Part shown: positions 42,763 to 56,218 of the stretch, piece by piece
How the letters are laid out: each line of letters opens with the position of its first letter
How positions within the stretch are numbered: the stretch's first letter is position 1
Source: Octopus vulgaris
Lineage: Eukaryota
Assembly: GCA_951406725.2 (NCBI GenBank)
Contig: OX597823.1
Coordinates: 56,730,001 to 56,794,000, forward strand
DNA: 64,000 nucleotides
Direction: 5' to 3'
Translations under genes and position numbers: made by a program
Notes under the pieces: generated by a model
The model's input: only the letters and a program-made list of their open reading frames with translations
The model's database searches: none
What the model was told of the DNA's origin: nothing

Positions 42763-43513
42763 TTATATATGTATATTATAAATAATATATATTTGTACAT
42801 GTCTGTATATATACATATATAGAAATACACATGCATATATATATACACATATATACATAGATACATGCGCGCGCGCACACACACACACACATAAGTAAAA
42901 ATGAAAACACAAATCTTATTTTCTTTTGTCATGCCTAGTAAGGGAAGGTAACAAACTTCAGGATGAAAAGTAAAGTTGATCTCGGCGGAATTTGAATGTA
43001 AAGTATGCGTGTGTATGGAATATTCAACTACTTGTGCGATACGAATTATCGGAATGAGTTATAATACGCAACAAAACGAAATAAATAGGAAAACCTTAAT
43101 CAACAGCGCTTTTATCCAATGCAGAATTTCTCCACACCAGTAGAACTATAATTATTTCTTTCTTCAACAAGCTCAAGACCGGTAATTTTGGGGGTAGGAG
43201 TTAATCGATTACATCGACCCTAGTGTTCAACTGGTATTTATTTTATTGATTCCCGAAAAGATTGAAAGCCTGAATCGATCTCAGCGGCATTTAATCTCAG
43301 AACTTAAAACCGGAAGAATTGTCGCTAAGTGTTTTGTCCGGCGGACTAACGATTCTGCCAGTTCGCTGCCCTTAGACGTGTAATAGGGATATAATACATG
43401 CAATATAGCGCAATATTAAGATAAACACACCAGTAAAATGCAGTATTCACAAATAAAAACAATGCACCAACGAATGAAAGTAGAACTTTAAATTCCTATG
43501 TGAGCATCTACAC

Positions 43514-43592
43514 CAGTGGTTCCGAACCTGTGGCCCGTGGAGTCCTGATGGTCCGCAAAGGTAGTACCGGGGATTCGTGAACTAAATTCAAA

Positions 43593-43652
<60 letters not shown>

Positions 43653-43750
43653 TATATATGGGAATAAGCATATTAAAAGGGGTCCGTGAGAAAACTGATT
43701 TAAATAGAAGGGCTGGCTGGGAACCACTGTAAAAAGGTTGGGAACCACTG
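43514..43750. mobile_element. hAT (Charlie-like) MITE
   Basis: TIRs CAGTGGTTCCGAACCT / AGGTTGGGAACCACTG; degenerate 8-bp TSD ATCTACAC/ATATATAC. Confidence 0.75.
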
Positions 43751-43945
43751 ATATATACCAATCACATTGATCCTGCTCGATATGAAGAAGCAACAAATAC
43801 ACAACTACAGCACTTTATCTAGAAGACTTGGGTTAAGGAAAGTCAATGCTCCCAACAAGCTGAAAGGAAAGCAGAAAAAGACAAGTTAAAAAAAAAAAAT
43901 AAATAAAATAATTCTTCTTTAAAAAAGTCTTCTCTCTCTCTCTCT

Positions 43946-44016
<71 letters not shown>

Positions 44017-44055
44017 GTGTACACACACATATAGATGTATGTAGATATGTATGTA

Positions 44056-44099
<44 letters not shown>

Positions 44100-44183
44100 C
44101 ATATATACACATATAGATGTGTATATGTATACGCTTATATACAGGTATATATATATACACATATATATGTATATATGTATATA

Positions 44184-44219
<36 letters not shown>

Positions 44220-44296
44220 GTATATATATATATTTTTTTCTAGTTTCAGCTCAGAGCTGCGGCCATGCTGATGCACATACATACATACATACATAC

Positions 44297-44356
<60 letters not shown>

Positions 44357-44484
44357 AAATAATATATATATGCAATACTTCTTCCATACATAGCATGCAA
44401 ATGGTTTCATGAATCGAATTTGTTGCTTTTAGTAGTCGGAGTATCGATTTTCTTTTTTTTTCTTTTTGCTGTTTTGCTTTGTTT

Positions 44485-44561
<77 letters not shown>

Positions 44562-44680
44562 GACACTACAAAGTAACTTACAGTCTGGACATAAATGAAA
44601 TCGAAATCAACGCAGAATGAAAAAAAAGAAACAAAAATAAAATGAGCTAAAGAAGTGTGAATTATATTGTGAGAACGTAC

Positions 44681-44803
44681 CTTTTCCTTTTCCACCGAAA
44701 CGGACATTTTAAAGAATTAATTACTGACCTAATTTGCTTGAAACTAGGTCACTAAGACTCGTTGAGAATTTACAGTCTTTCTCCTCGAAACAGCCAGGAA
44801 CCT
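44681..44803 (-). CDS. Candidate first coding exon of a host gene (5' UTR plus MSVSVEKEK)
   Basis: Acceptor gtaacaatttcatttacag|, AAAATG at 44707, 9 codons, then donor AAG|gtacgt. The island is non-repetitive. Confidence 0.3.
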
Positions 44804-45040
44804 CTGTAAATGAAATTGTTACTGTCATGACCGTCCCTGTTGTCGACGTCATCGTCGTCGTCGTCGTTGTCGTTGTCATTTTTGTTGTTGTTGGACCCCA
44901 GCTTTATAGCAAAAGATCTAAGCAGAACTACGATCAAAGATATTCCAGCCGTGACAACTTCGTCGTGCTATGCACTGATTCTTTTATCTTTTATTTGTTT
45001 CAGTCATTAGAAGCAAGCTACTTACCACACAGCCACTCCT

Positions 45041-45102
<62 letters not shown>

Positions 45103-45106
<4 letters not shown>

Positions 45107-45498
45107 AGGAGTGGCTGTGTGGTAAGTAGCTTGCTCCCAACCACATGGTTCAGGGTTCAGTCCCACTGCGTGGCATCTTGGGCAAGTGTCTTCTGCTATA
45201 GCCCCGGGCCGACCAATGCCTTGTGAGTGGATTTGGTAGACGGAAACTGAAAGAAGCCTGTCCTATATATGTATATATATGTATGTGTGTTTGTTTGTGT
45301 GTCTGTGTTTGTCCCCCTACCATTGCTTGACAACCGATGCTGGTGTGTTTATGTCCCCGGCAAAAGAGACCGATAGAATAAGTACTGGGCTTACAAAAAG
45401 AATAAGTCCCGGGGTCGAGTTGCTCGATTAAAGGCGGTGCTCCAGCATGGCCGCAGTCAAATGACTGAAACAAGTAAAAGAGTAAAAGAGTAAAAGAA
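45103..45498 (+). mobile_element. SINE family B (tRNA head, internal microsatellite, CR1-like tail), full length
   Basis: A-box TGGCTGTGTGG, B-box GGTTCAGTCCC, CTTGGGCAAG core and (GTAAAAGA)n tail. Confidence 0.9.
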
Positions 45499-45499
45499 T

Positions 45500-45678
45500 A
45501 TACAAAATTAAGAGGAATGACCACTAAAGTGGACACCCTATATGCTAAACATAGACGTCAAATCACCATTACCACGAAGAATGTGTTGAAAACATATTCT
45601 TCGTGGTAATGGCGATTTGACGTCTATGTTTAGCATATAGGGTGTCCACTTTAGTGGTCATTCCTCTTAATTTTGTAT
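45500..45678. repeat. Near-perfect ~88-bp hairpin with 3-nt loop
   Basis: ATACAAAATTAAGAGG...GAAGAATGTGTT-GAA-AACATATTCTTC...CCTCTTAATTTTGTAT. Confidence 0.9.
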
Positions 45679-45810
45679 GTAACAATTTTTAATCTTCGGA
45701 TTTTTAAATATGCTAAGCCACTGTTTTTAATTGAATAACATCAATTTCTACCCTTATTATTCAATTATATATATATATATGTATAAGGGTGAAAAGGAAC
45801 ACACGAGTTG

Positions 45811-46634
45811 ATATATATGAAAAAACAAGTCAAAATAGAAAATGCTAAAATAATTTTATAAAGAACATTTCATTACCGGTTACGGCCATTTTGAGACCTT
45901 TTCAACTGTAACGATTAAATAATTAAATTTAGAAAAATTAAAAGAAAAGTTTTTTTAAAGGAATATTTGTATAGTGTTCAAATATAAGTGGCATTCTGCC
46001 TTTCTCTGTCTCCCTTGTTTGCACTTGTGTGTTCGAGGCCGTTGTGAATTCTTGGTAGGGTAGAAGAAGAAGAAGGTTGATGAGGAGAAGGGGTGGAAAA
46101 ATTTGGGAGTGCCTTGATGGTCGTATTTTGAATGGTCAGTGGCGGCTAGCAGTTGCAGTTCAATTCAGGAGAATATTTCTATTGAAAGGTTTGTTTATGG
46201 AATTTGCGTAGGTGTTATACTAAAAAGCATTAGTGATAAAGTTAAGAGGTAGAAGGTGGAGAAGAAGAAGAAGAAGAAGAAGAAGATGACGATGTTGATG
46301 ATGATGATGATGAGGAAGAAGAAGGAGAACGAGAAGAAGAAGATGATGATGATGGTGATGATGATGGCGTCGATGATGATGATGATAATGATGATGATGA
46401 AGAAGAAGAGGCCTCGAACACACAAGTGCAAACAAGGGAGACAGAGAAAGGCAGAATGCCACTTATATTTGAACACTATACAAATATTCCTTTAAAAAAT
46501 CTTTTCTTTTAATTTTTCTAAATTTAATTATTTAATCGTTACAGTTGAAAAGGTCTCAAAATGACCGAAACCGGTACTGAAATGTTCTTTATAAAATTAT
46601 TTTAGCATTTTCTATTTTGACTTGTTTTTTCATA

Positions 46635-46639
<5 letters not shown>
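45811..46639. mobile_element. ~230-bp inverted repeat pair (45811-46040 / 46410-46639) carrying HHRs; inverted-pLTR-like PLE remnant
   Basis: The arms are near-perfect reverse complements ending in (TA)n. The spacer contains (GAA)n/(GAT)n. Confidence 0.75.
46539..46582 (+). ncRNA. Type-I hammerhead ribozyme, U3:A8 core variant
   Basis: TTACAG-TTGAAAA-GGTC(TCAAAAT)GACC-GAAAC-CG-GTA-CTGAAA. An inverted copy with GAAA>GTAA lies at 45868-45911. Confidence 0.75.
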
Positions 46640-46689
<50 letters not shown>

Positions 46690-46990
46690 GTTGGTTGCAA
46701 GTTCGGATTGGGAGAATGTTTAAGTTTTTGATATTGCTAACAAAGGCTTCTGGGTTTTGGACCATAATATTTACATATTATCATATATTTTTATATATTT
46801 TTATATTGACACTGTTTACATAGGCGCAAGGTGTCAATTGTATTGATCTCATGAACAACTGGTGTTTTGATCACAAAAGGTTGAAAAGTAAATTTGATTT
46901 ACGCGCGATTTGACCCAGGTTGTAGAAAGCCGGAAAAAATGTTGCAAAAAGTTTGTCCGGCTACCATACTAATGTGCTTTTTACACACAT

Positions 46991-47022
<32 letters not shown>

Positions 47023-47346
47023 GCATAGAGGTAAGGGCGAGGGTTTGGGGTAAAAAAGTTTGCTTCTCAGTTACATGGTTCTGGGTTCAAATCCACTGCG
47101 TGTCACCTTCGGCAAGTGTCTTCAACTTCAACCTTGGGTGAAACAACCGCATTGTGAGTTGGTTTGTTGGAGGGAAACAGAAAGAAGTCCACACACAAGC
47201 ACGCACGCACGTGCATGTGTGTGTCTCTGTGTGTGCATGTGTGTGTTTGCGTTTACTCCCAATACCATTTGAAAACAGGTCTTGCCTTTTTTCGGTACAC
47301 GTAACAATAAAAGACCAATACTATAAGTACCAGGCTTAAAAATATA

Positions 47347-47894
47347 CTTTTCTACTCTCGGCACAAGGTCCAAAGTTTTTGGGGAGTGGGCCAGTCGATT
47401 AGATCGACCCCAGTACGCAACTGGTACTTAATTTATCGACCCCGAGAGGATGAAAAGCAAAGTCGATCTCGGCGGAATTTGAACTCAGAACATAAAGACA
47501 GACGAAATACCTATTTCTTTACTACCCACAAGGGGCTAAACACAGAGGAGACAAACAAGGACAGACAAACGGATTAAGTCGATTACATCAACCCCAGTGC
47601 GTAACTGGTTTTTAATTTATCGACCCCAAAAGGATGAAAGGCAAAGTCGACCTCAGCGGAATTTGAACTCACAACATAAAGACAGACGAAATACCTATTT
47701 CTTTACTACCCACAAGGGGCTAAACACAGAGGAGACAAACAAGGACAGACAAACGGATTAAGTCGATTACATCAACCCCAGTGCATAACTGGTTCTTAAT
47801 TTATCGACCCCGAAAGGATGAAAGGCAAAGTCGACCTCGGCGGAATTTGAACTCAGAACGTAACGGCAGACGAAATACCGCTAAGTATTTCGCA
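47347..47894 (-). mobile_element. SINE family C trimer (184-bp period)
   Basis: GACGAAATAC at 47501, 47685 and 47869. B-box GAGTTCAAATTC in each unit. 16-bp TSD CAGRCTTAAAAATATA. Confidence 0.9.
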
Positions 47895-49099
47895 CAGACT
47901 TAAAAATATAAAATATAAGCTATGGTCGATTGCTCGACTAAACTTTTCAAGGTTGTGATCCAGCATGACCGCTGTCCAATGATTGGAACAAACAAAAGAT
48001 AAAAGATATTAATATTCTAAAAATGTTAGGCGATGAGCTGAGAGATTCGTTTGCGCTGGTCAAAATGATTAGCGGCATTTCATCCGTCTTTACCTTCTGC
48101 GTTCAAATTCTGCAAAGGTCAACTTTATTTTCCTTCCTTTCGAGATGGATAAAATAAATACCAGTTGAACACTAGGGATTAATGTAACTGGCTTGCCCTT
48201 CCCCACCGACATTGCTATTCCTGTTCCAAAATTTTAAATCAATAATCTAAAATGTAACAGCTAAATCGCAAGGGAACGAACCTAAGATTCTTGAGACAAG
48301 ATTTGGATATTTTATCAATTCCACCAAACCATCAACGCGTGTTTCATAAACTTAACGTTAAACCACCACCGCCACCACCACCACCACCACCACCACCACC
48401 AGCACCACAACCACCGCCACCACCGCCGCCGCCGCTGCAACAACAAACACAACAACAACAACACGACATAAAAATAAAACCAAAAACTAAAAACTACATA
48501 TAAAATAAAAAGGATATAAAAATAAAATAAAAGAATATTAAAAATAAAATAAAATAAAAACAAAGTAACAACTAAAATCTCAAATAATTTTGTTCCAGAT
48601 AATAAAATCTCTCTCTTGAGGACTTTGGCGAAACCTCTAATTTTCAACTATACGAGTACTAAATGAAGTTAGTTTATCTTACTTAAATGGAATATCACTG
48701 CAAGAAAAAGTCTCATTTAGCCCGGGAATAAAACGGTTTTTAGTTACTTAGCAGACTCTCTCTCTTATAATGTAGTTTTTACTCGCTGTATTGAAAGAAC
48801 ATTGTAGCTAAGTTGATTTTCTTCTGCTTCTCATTTCGACCTTTGCTACATAGAAGAAATCTTCTTTCTGTTAAAATCTTTCATCAGATCTAGATCCACT
48901 GCAGGTCTTATTTGTTAATATTCTCGTTTTCAATAGTGCTTTTTCACATCAAATTCCATTCTCTTTACACTTACCACCTCCTCCCTCATCCCTACTCGCG
49001 CCTTAATCTACTTATTCGCTTACTCTTTCTCGTTTCTTATATTCTTCGATTCGACTCGACTGTGATTTTGTACTTTCGCCTAACTCCATCCACAAATCC

Positions 49100-49828
49100 C
49101 CCTAGCACCACCACCACCACCACCACCACCACCACCACCACCACCACCACCACCCAGCCGCCGCCGCCGCCGCCACCACAACTACAATTGCCACTACCAC
49201 TACCACTACTACGCGCGCTATCGCATATTACATCTCCACCACGACTACAGGCATGCGCATAAGTCGACAAGTCTCCTCCATACGTCAGCACTACCACCGC
49301 AACCACCGTCATAACCACAACCGCAACCACCGCTGCTGTTAACGTCTCCTCCACCTCCACCGCCAACACCATCACCATTACTATCACCACCATTTGTATC
49401 CTACCATTACAATCATCAAGACCACTACCACCACTCCCACCACCACTACCACTACAACCACCACCATCATCATCACCACTACTACCATTGCTACCACAAA
49501 CATCACCACCACCATCATAACCACCACCGTTACCACCACCACCATAACTACCACCACTATCACCACTATCAGCAGCAGCAGCACCACCACCACAAGATTA
49601 ACACCCGTTATTACACTTATTACGCCTATAGATTTTCTAACTCCGGTTTTCTATGACCTATCATACCATGAGCACCACCCACCACCACCACCACCACCAC
49701 CACCACCACCACCACCACCACCACCACAATCTCACCATTGTCACCAACAACATTATTACATCACCTCCAGCAACATCATCACCGTCATTATTATCAGCAC
49801 CTGTACCTACCTCCACGACCATATCCGT

Positions 49829-49864
<36 letters not shown>

Positions 49865-50330
49865 GCCACCGCCGCTGCCACCGCCACCACCGCCGCTGCC
49901 ACCGCTGCCGCCGACAACTTCCTCCACAACGTCCATCACCGGCACCACCAGCTCCGGCAATACCACCACCACTAACACCACCACTATCACCATCACCATC
50001 ACCGTTATCATAAAAAAACCCCACCATCACCATCACCGTCATCATAAACACCACCATTACCATCTTCATAACTCCACCATCATCATAACTCTACTACAAA
50101 CAGTAGCAGCACCATCACCTGCACCACCATCGCGACCACTATCGCGACGACGATGACCACCAGCACCACCATCGTCACCACCACCACCACTACCACCACT
50201 ACCACCACTACCACCACAAGCACCACCACCACCACCACCACCACCACTATTACCACCACCACCATTACTACCACCACCACCACCACCATCACCTCTACCA
50301 GCACCAATAACAACACGAAGACCACTAGCA
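49100..50330. repeat. Degenerate (CCA/CCG/CTA)n trinucleotide field
   Basis: Low-complexity tract, open in several frames on both strands. Confidence 0.9.
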
Positions 50331-50453
50331 ATGCTTATTTTACAGATATGGTTAGCACCATTCCTTATTTCGGTACAGCTTACATTTCAATGCCTTCTAA
50401 ATATCCGAAATCCATTTAACTTGATTTCTCCTTGCAGATTTCATCCACTCAAC

Positions 50454-50487
<34 letters not shown>

Positions 50488-50704
50488 TATATAAATGTTG
50501 ATGATGATGGTGATAGTGGTGTTAGTGATAGCTGAGGACTTAACGGAGCTTTCACTATCTCTCTCTTTCTAGTGACTCTGTTTTGCTGTTCCTTTGTGTA
50601 TTTGCCCGGTTCTTTGTGTCTCTATTTCTTTTTTACTACTTCTCTCTTTCGTCACTTTCTATGCCTGTCTGTCTGTCTGTCTTTCTATATGTCTATCTCT
50701 GTGT

Positions 50705-50740
<36 letters not shown>

Positions 50741-51430
50741 CTCTCTCTCTCTCTCCCTTTCTCGCTCTTTATTTCAAACACACAAAGGAGTGAAACGCAT
50801 AAACTAACAATTCCATACACACACTCAAGCATTCAATTCTTACGCGCAGCTGAATACATATACACACACATCTTGCATAAGCATACACACAAACATGTAT
50901 ATAAGTGCGTTTGTGTGTGTATATATATATACATATACAGACCCATATATATATATTTTTCAGACACATTTACACACATACGCATATATACATACACATA
51001 TACATATGCATTACCTATATATATATACATATATATATACATATATGTATGTGTTAATACATACATATACATACATGCATACATACATTCATACATACAT
51101 ACATATGCATGCATGCATGCATACATACATTCATACATATATACATATACATGCATACATACATATATACATACACACATACACACACACGCATATATAT
51201 ATATATATATGTATATACATGTCTGAATATAAATAATACATATAAGTATATGTAAGTGTGCATAATATGAGTGGATGTATAATTGTATTTGCATACGGTC
51301 ATATATGTATGTGTGTGTATATATACATACATAACTACATACATACATACATACACACATATGTATATGTATATACATACACATATGTATATGCGCTCAT
51401 GCACACACACAGGCACACATATATACACAT

Positions 51431-51483
<53 letters not shown>

Positions 51484-52302
51484 CAAACAGACAGCTCCTC
51501 GTTGTTACATTGAAAAGAAGAAAAAAAAACACAAAGAAAGGTAAACAAAAAGACAGCAAAGAAAATAACGGCATTGCAACACCTCGCAGTTAGCTTTTAA
51601 TTATAGTCACCCCCCTCTCTCTCTCATATGGACACTTACGCACGCACGCACGCATACATATAATGTCTAATGCTTTCTTTCTATTCTTCAGGCCCCGCGA
51701 GCTATTAAATTCCCTTTTAGTGATTTCTGTCATATCTTTCATGTGGTGGCTTTAAATAATCCAATTCCAGACCTAATTCTCATTTCCACGCCTTCTGACT
51801 TGTATAATCTATGGCCCAAAGTGATTTTTCAGTCACTAAGTATCCTTATAATCTATAATCTACACGATTAAATTAAGACTGATATATTTCAAAACATTAC
51901 AATAGCTAATGAATATTTTCTTACTACAGTTGTAAGTACTTTTAGTAACTTTCTCCAATCTGAACTCGAAAGAATCAAATATTTCGTTCCACTTATTCTT
52001 GCTTTCTTTCCCGTTTGGTTTTTGTACTGTTTCTTGGCTGTATCAGTATAGCGGATTTTTGAAAAGCTTAAAGGAAAATGAATAAATATATAGTTGCACC
52101 AATACGTTATTTTAGAATCCACTGAGAGCTAGAATCCATAAATTGATGTACCAGTAATTCACAAGTGTTCATACAATTCAATATACAGACAATGATAATA
52201 TCTTATAAGCTTCAAGATTAGAAGGGATCACCGTCTATTGACTCAAGAAAAAAGTCTAATATTGGGGCATATCAGTCCTCGGCGGAATAAACGGGGTTTT
52301 CC

Positions 52303-52373
52303 GTACGCATGCGACTCGAACTCACACTTGTTACATTCGCGACAAGTGTGCTAACCATTACACCAAAGTGCTC
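52303..52373 (-). pseudogene. tRNA-like sequence (pseudogene or SINE head)
   Basis: Reverse complement has TGGTGTAATGGTTAGCAC (D-arm/A-box), the stem CTTGT..ACAAG with a 10-nt loop, and GAGTTCGAGTC (T-arm). The acceptor stem is poor. Confidence 0.55.
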
Positions 52374-52440
52374 ACTCGCTTCTTCCCGTAAGTTTAAGAA
52401 TTATAATCTATCTATCTATATTTTAGAACTAGCTACTCTG

Positions 52441-52506
<66 letters not shown>

Positions 52507-52575
52507 TATATATATAGTATTTTATTAAGGTAAGAAACCCACCAATAATCTAATATCAGTAATAGTCAATATCTA

Positions 52576-52651
<76 letters not shown>

Positions 52652-52907
52652 TTGGCTGGTTGGCATCCTTTTTTTGTCCCCCGAGACAATATTACTGATA
52701 TTAAACTATTGGTGGGTTTCTTACCTTAAAAATTAATACTTAAAAATTAAAATTAATATTTAACGTTATAATTGATGTTTTGATTTAATCATAATCGTTA
52801 AGTTTCTAGTTTGATAATAGAGTTTTTTATAAGTAAAATTATTATATTATTTATTTCTTAAAAAAATATTGTTTAAATATTTCTGTTTACTTAGTAAAAT
52901 ATTACAA

Positions 52908-53006
52908 TTAACCTGAAGATTGACTGTAACCATAATTCGAATTATTAATTGAATTTAAATTATTGTTATTCGAATTGGTTACGGGCATGAAACGATCGTA
53001 GTGTTT
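52908..53006 (+). ncRNA. Type-I hammerhead ribozyme with long stem II
   Basis: AAC-CTGAAGA-TTGACTGTAACC..AATTCGAAT...ATTCGAATT-GGTTACGGGCAT-GAAAC-GATC-GTA-GTGTT. Stem III is the palindrome ACGATCGT; stem I is short. Confidence 0.7.
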
Positions 53007-53331
53007 TTACTATTTATCTTATATTAAGCTTTTAATACTTTTTGATAGTTATATAATTTACAAAAAAATAATAATAAATAAATAAATAAAATAAAATAAT
53101 AAAATAATAATAATAATAATATATATATATATATATATATATATTTAAAATTTATAAGTTTAAATTATTTAAATAATTTTTAAAATTTTAACTTTAATTT
53201 AAATATTTTAATTTGGAATTTTATATTTTATATTTTTTATATTTATATTTAATATAATTTTTTTCTATGTATTGGCTTATGATTTTCACTGTTTGATTTG
53301 CCTAATAGTGGTTTTATCTCTAATTTAATAT

Positions 53332-53378
<47 letters not shown>

Positions 53379-53518
53379 GTGCAGGAGTAGCTGCGTGGTA
53401 AGTAGCTTGCTTACCAACCACATGGCTCCAGGTTCAGTCCCACAGCATGGCAAGTGTCTTTTACTATAGCCTCGGGCCGACCAAAGCCTTGGCAGACGGA
53501 AACTGAAAGAAGTCCGTC

Positions 53519-53564
<46 letters not shown>

Positions 53565-53595
53565 TGTGTGTGTGTGTGTGTGTGTGTGTATAAAA

Positions 53596-53640
<45 letters not shown>

Positions 53641-55757
53641 CATATACATATATATACATATTTGTTTGTTGTCACTTCAACATGGCTGTTCCGTACACAA
53701 CGAAGTCTCTACTATTTTTACCCCAGGAGAACACACGCACGTTCGCGTGAGGGTACACGGTCTAGTGTTTAGGGTGTTGCAGTCTAGTGGTTACGGTGTT
53801 GATTTCGATTCGTAGACATTCATCTCACGTTGCTCTGGGACTACTATATACATCTGTTCAGGCAAAGTCTATTTGATCGAGGGAGTGAGCTAATATGCAA
53901 CACATACATATGATCATTATAAAGAAATTGCTTGTGCAGGTTGATTGGAAAATAAAAAAAAAAAACTGCATATTCATATATACAAATATGTGTATGTTCA
54001 TATACATACGCCTATTGATCAAAATAGCTGGAAGTATCGTTCTGAGTATTGCATTTTCGAAAACTGAAGTCATGTTTGTAAATATGAAAATCCGGCACAG
54101 CGACAGCCCATAAAAGTCAACGAAAGATGGCAGCAGAAACGTGTAATATGAATAAATTACCTGTGAATGAAATAATAACTTGTAATAATGAAAAGGTGAA
54201 GAATTATCACTAACTTTATCCATATATATTCATGTGTATACTCGTATTTGCTCATGGAAACCGGAACACCTACATGCACTTTTCTCCTCTCCCGTGCGTA
54301 AAACAACGCATTTACACACACACGCACTCACATGTGTAAATCCACACATCTATTATATAAAACCCGTTCTGTTTGCTTGTGTATGTGTCTTCTAGGATAT
54401 CGGGCATCCTCCATCCGATTGCGCTCAAATTTGATTTGCAGATACCGACGGTACCAGGGCGTGTATAAGTCTTGAAAAAATTGCAAAAATCTATTCCAGG
54501 TGAGAATGCGATCGATAAAGCCGTGGGAACGTGCATTTGTAAAATCGTATTTCTTGGAATAGAAAAAAGTCTATCTTTATTTCTTCTTTTGCTGGTTTCT
54601 CAAATTTAGGTTAAATCAGTGTTTCTCAAAGGGGAGGCTATGGGAAGGTCGGACAAGTTGTTTTGAGAAAATTTGGTTTAAATGTTTGACTGCAGCACCG
54701 TCCATTGGCCGGGGGCGTTTTGCTCGTATGTATATATATTCACACATATATGTATATATCCACACATATATGTATATAGATAGTGGGCGAGAACTTTTGG
54801 ATTTTACCAATTTTCTTTTGAGGAGGAACCCGAAGTTCTAGCAATATCTCTGTGTGCTTATTTACAAGTTACATACCCAAGACATTTTACTCATTTCATC
54901 TGCAAATTATGAATTTTACGATTATTACATAACTCCGAGCGTCCTGTAATAGCTGCCGAGTGAAGAAATTATGTAATTCTTTTCGCATATATACTTGTGT
55001 GTCTGTCTGCGCGTGCGCGTCTGTGTGTATGTGTATGTATGTTTGTGCATGTGTGTGTGTATGTATGTATATACCCATCTTTATGAGTATATGAAGCTAT
55101 ATACGTATAAAGTCAAACGAGTACATGATGTATCATCTGGAGACATACATCTTTGGGTTTTGCACAGAACCATATACTGAACCTGGCATTATTTTGAGAA
55201 TTTGAATTACTCGCCCCGCTAAGTGTTGAATGGTTAGGCACCTGGGTGGAATTTAAACTAATGTTGAAGTACTGCTTTAGGTGGTTCACCCGAACATATG
55301 AAGCACTTATATTTTTTAAAGTCTGGTACTTAGCCGATCGGTTTCACTCGCTGTTAGAGGTTTGTAAAAAAGCCCAACGCTGGTTGACAATTGTTGGTTG
55401 TGTAAGGGATAATGACACACGCACAATCGCGCGTACACGTACGCACACGCGTACGCACGTACGCACACACACACACACATGACGAGCTTCCATGCAGTTT
55501 CCGTCTACCAAATTTCCTCTCGACGTATTGGTCCGCTCGGGTTTATAGTTGCGCAGTGGGGCTGAACATGAAGCGGCGTGGTTGTAAAGTGAGTTTCTTA
55601 ACTGCACAACCATACTTACGCCTACACAGACAGACACACACGCACACATACTCTACTCACACACATACACACACACATATATTCATCTAATCATACTTCC
55701 AAACAATACACACACACATACAAATATACATTCATCTAACCATGTTTCCAAACGATA

Positions 55758-55788
<31 letters not shown>

Positions 55789-56184
55789 GCTCACACACAC
55801 AACGAACAATCTAACGACAACAGCATTACTAAAAAAAAAAACAACCAACAAATACACCAAGAGCACTATATATATAAACTCCCTCCAACCATCCACCATC
55901 ACAACCACAACCACAACCACAACCACAACACCGCAAGCACCGCCACCGCTAACACTACCAGTACCAACACTATTACAATAACAACAACAACAACAAGAAC
56001 AACAAGAACAGCAACAACAATAACAACAATAGCAATAGCAATGACAAGAACAAAAAAATTTTTCAAGATAACATCATAAAGAACAAAACTAAAAGTAATC
56101 GCACACTTAGTCTCAACGTTCTGTGTATTTACATCTGCTGTGTTGCGTCTCTTTACTATTTACTATATACCGTATACTATATGT

Positions 56185-56218
<34 letters not shown>

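Noticed and set aside
47347-47894. CRISPR-like or satellite array
   Set aside because: Units are whole SINE bodies without unique spacers, and the context is eukaryotic.
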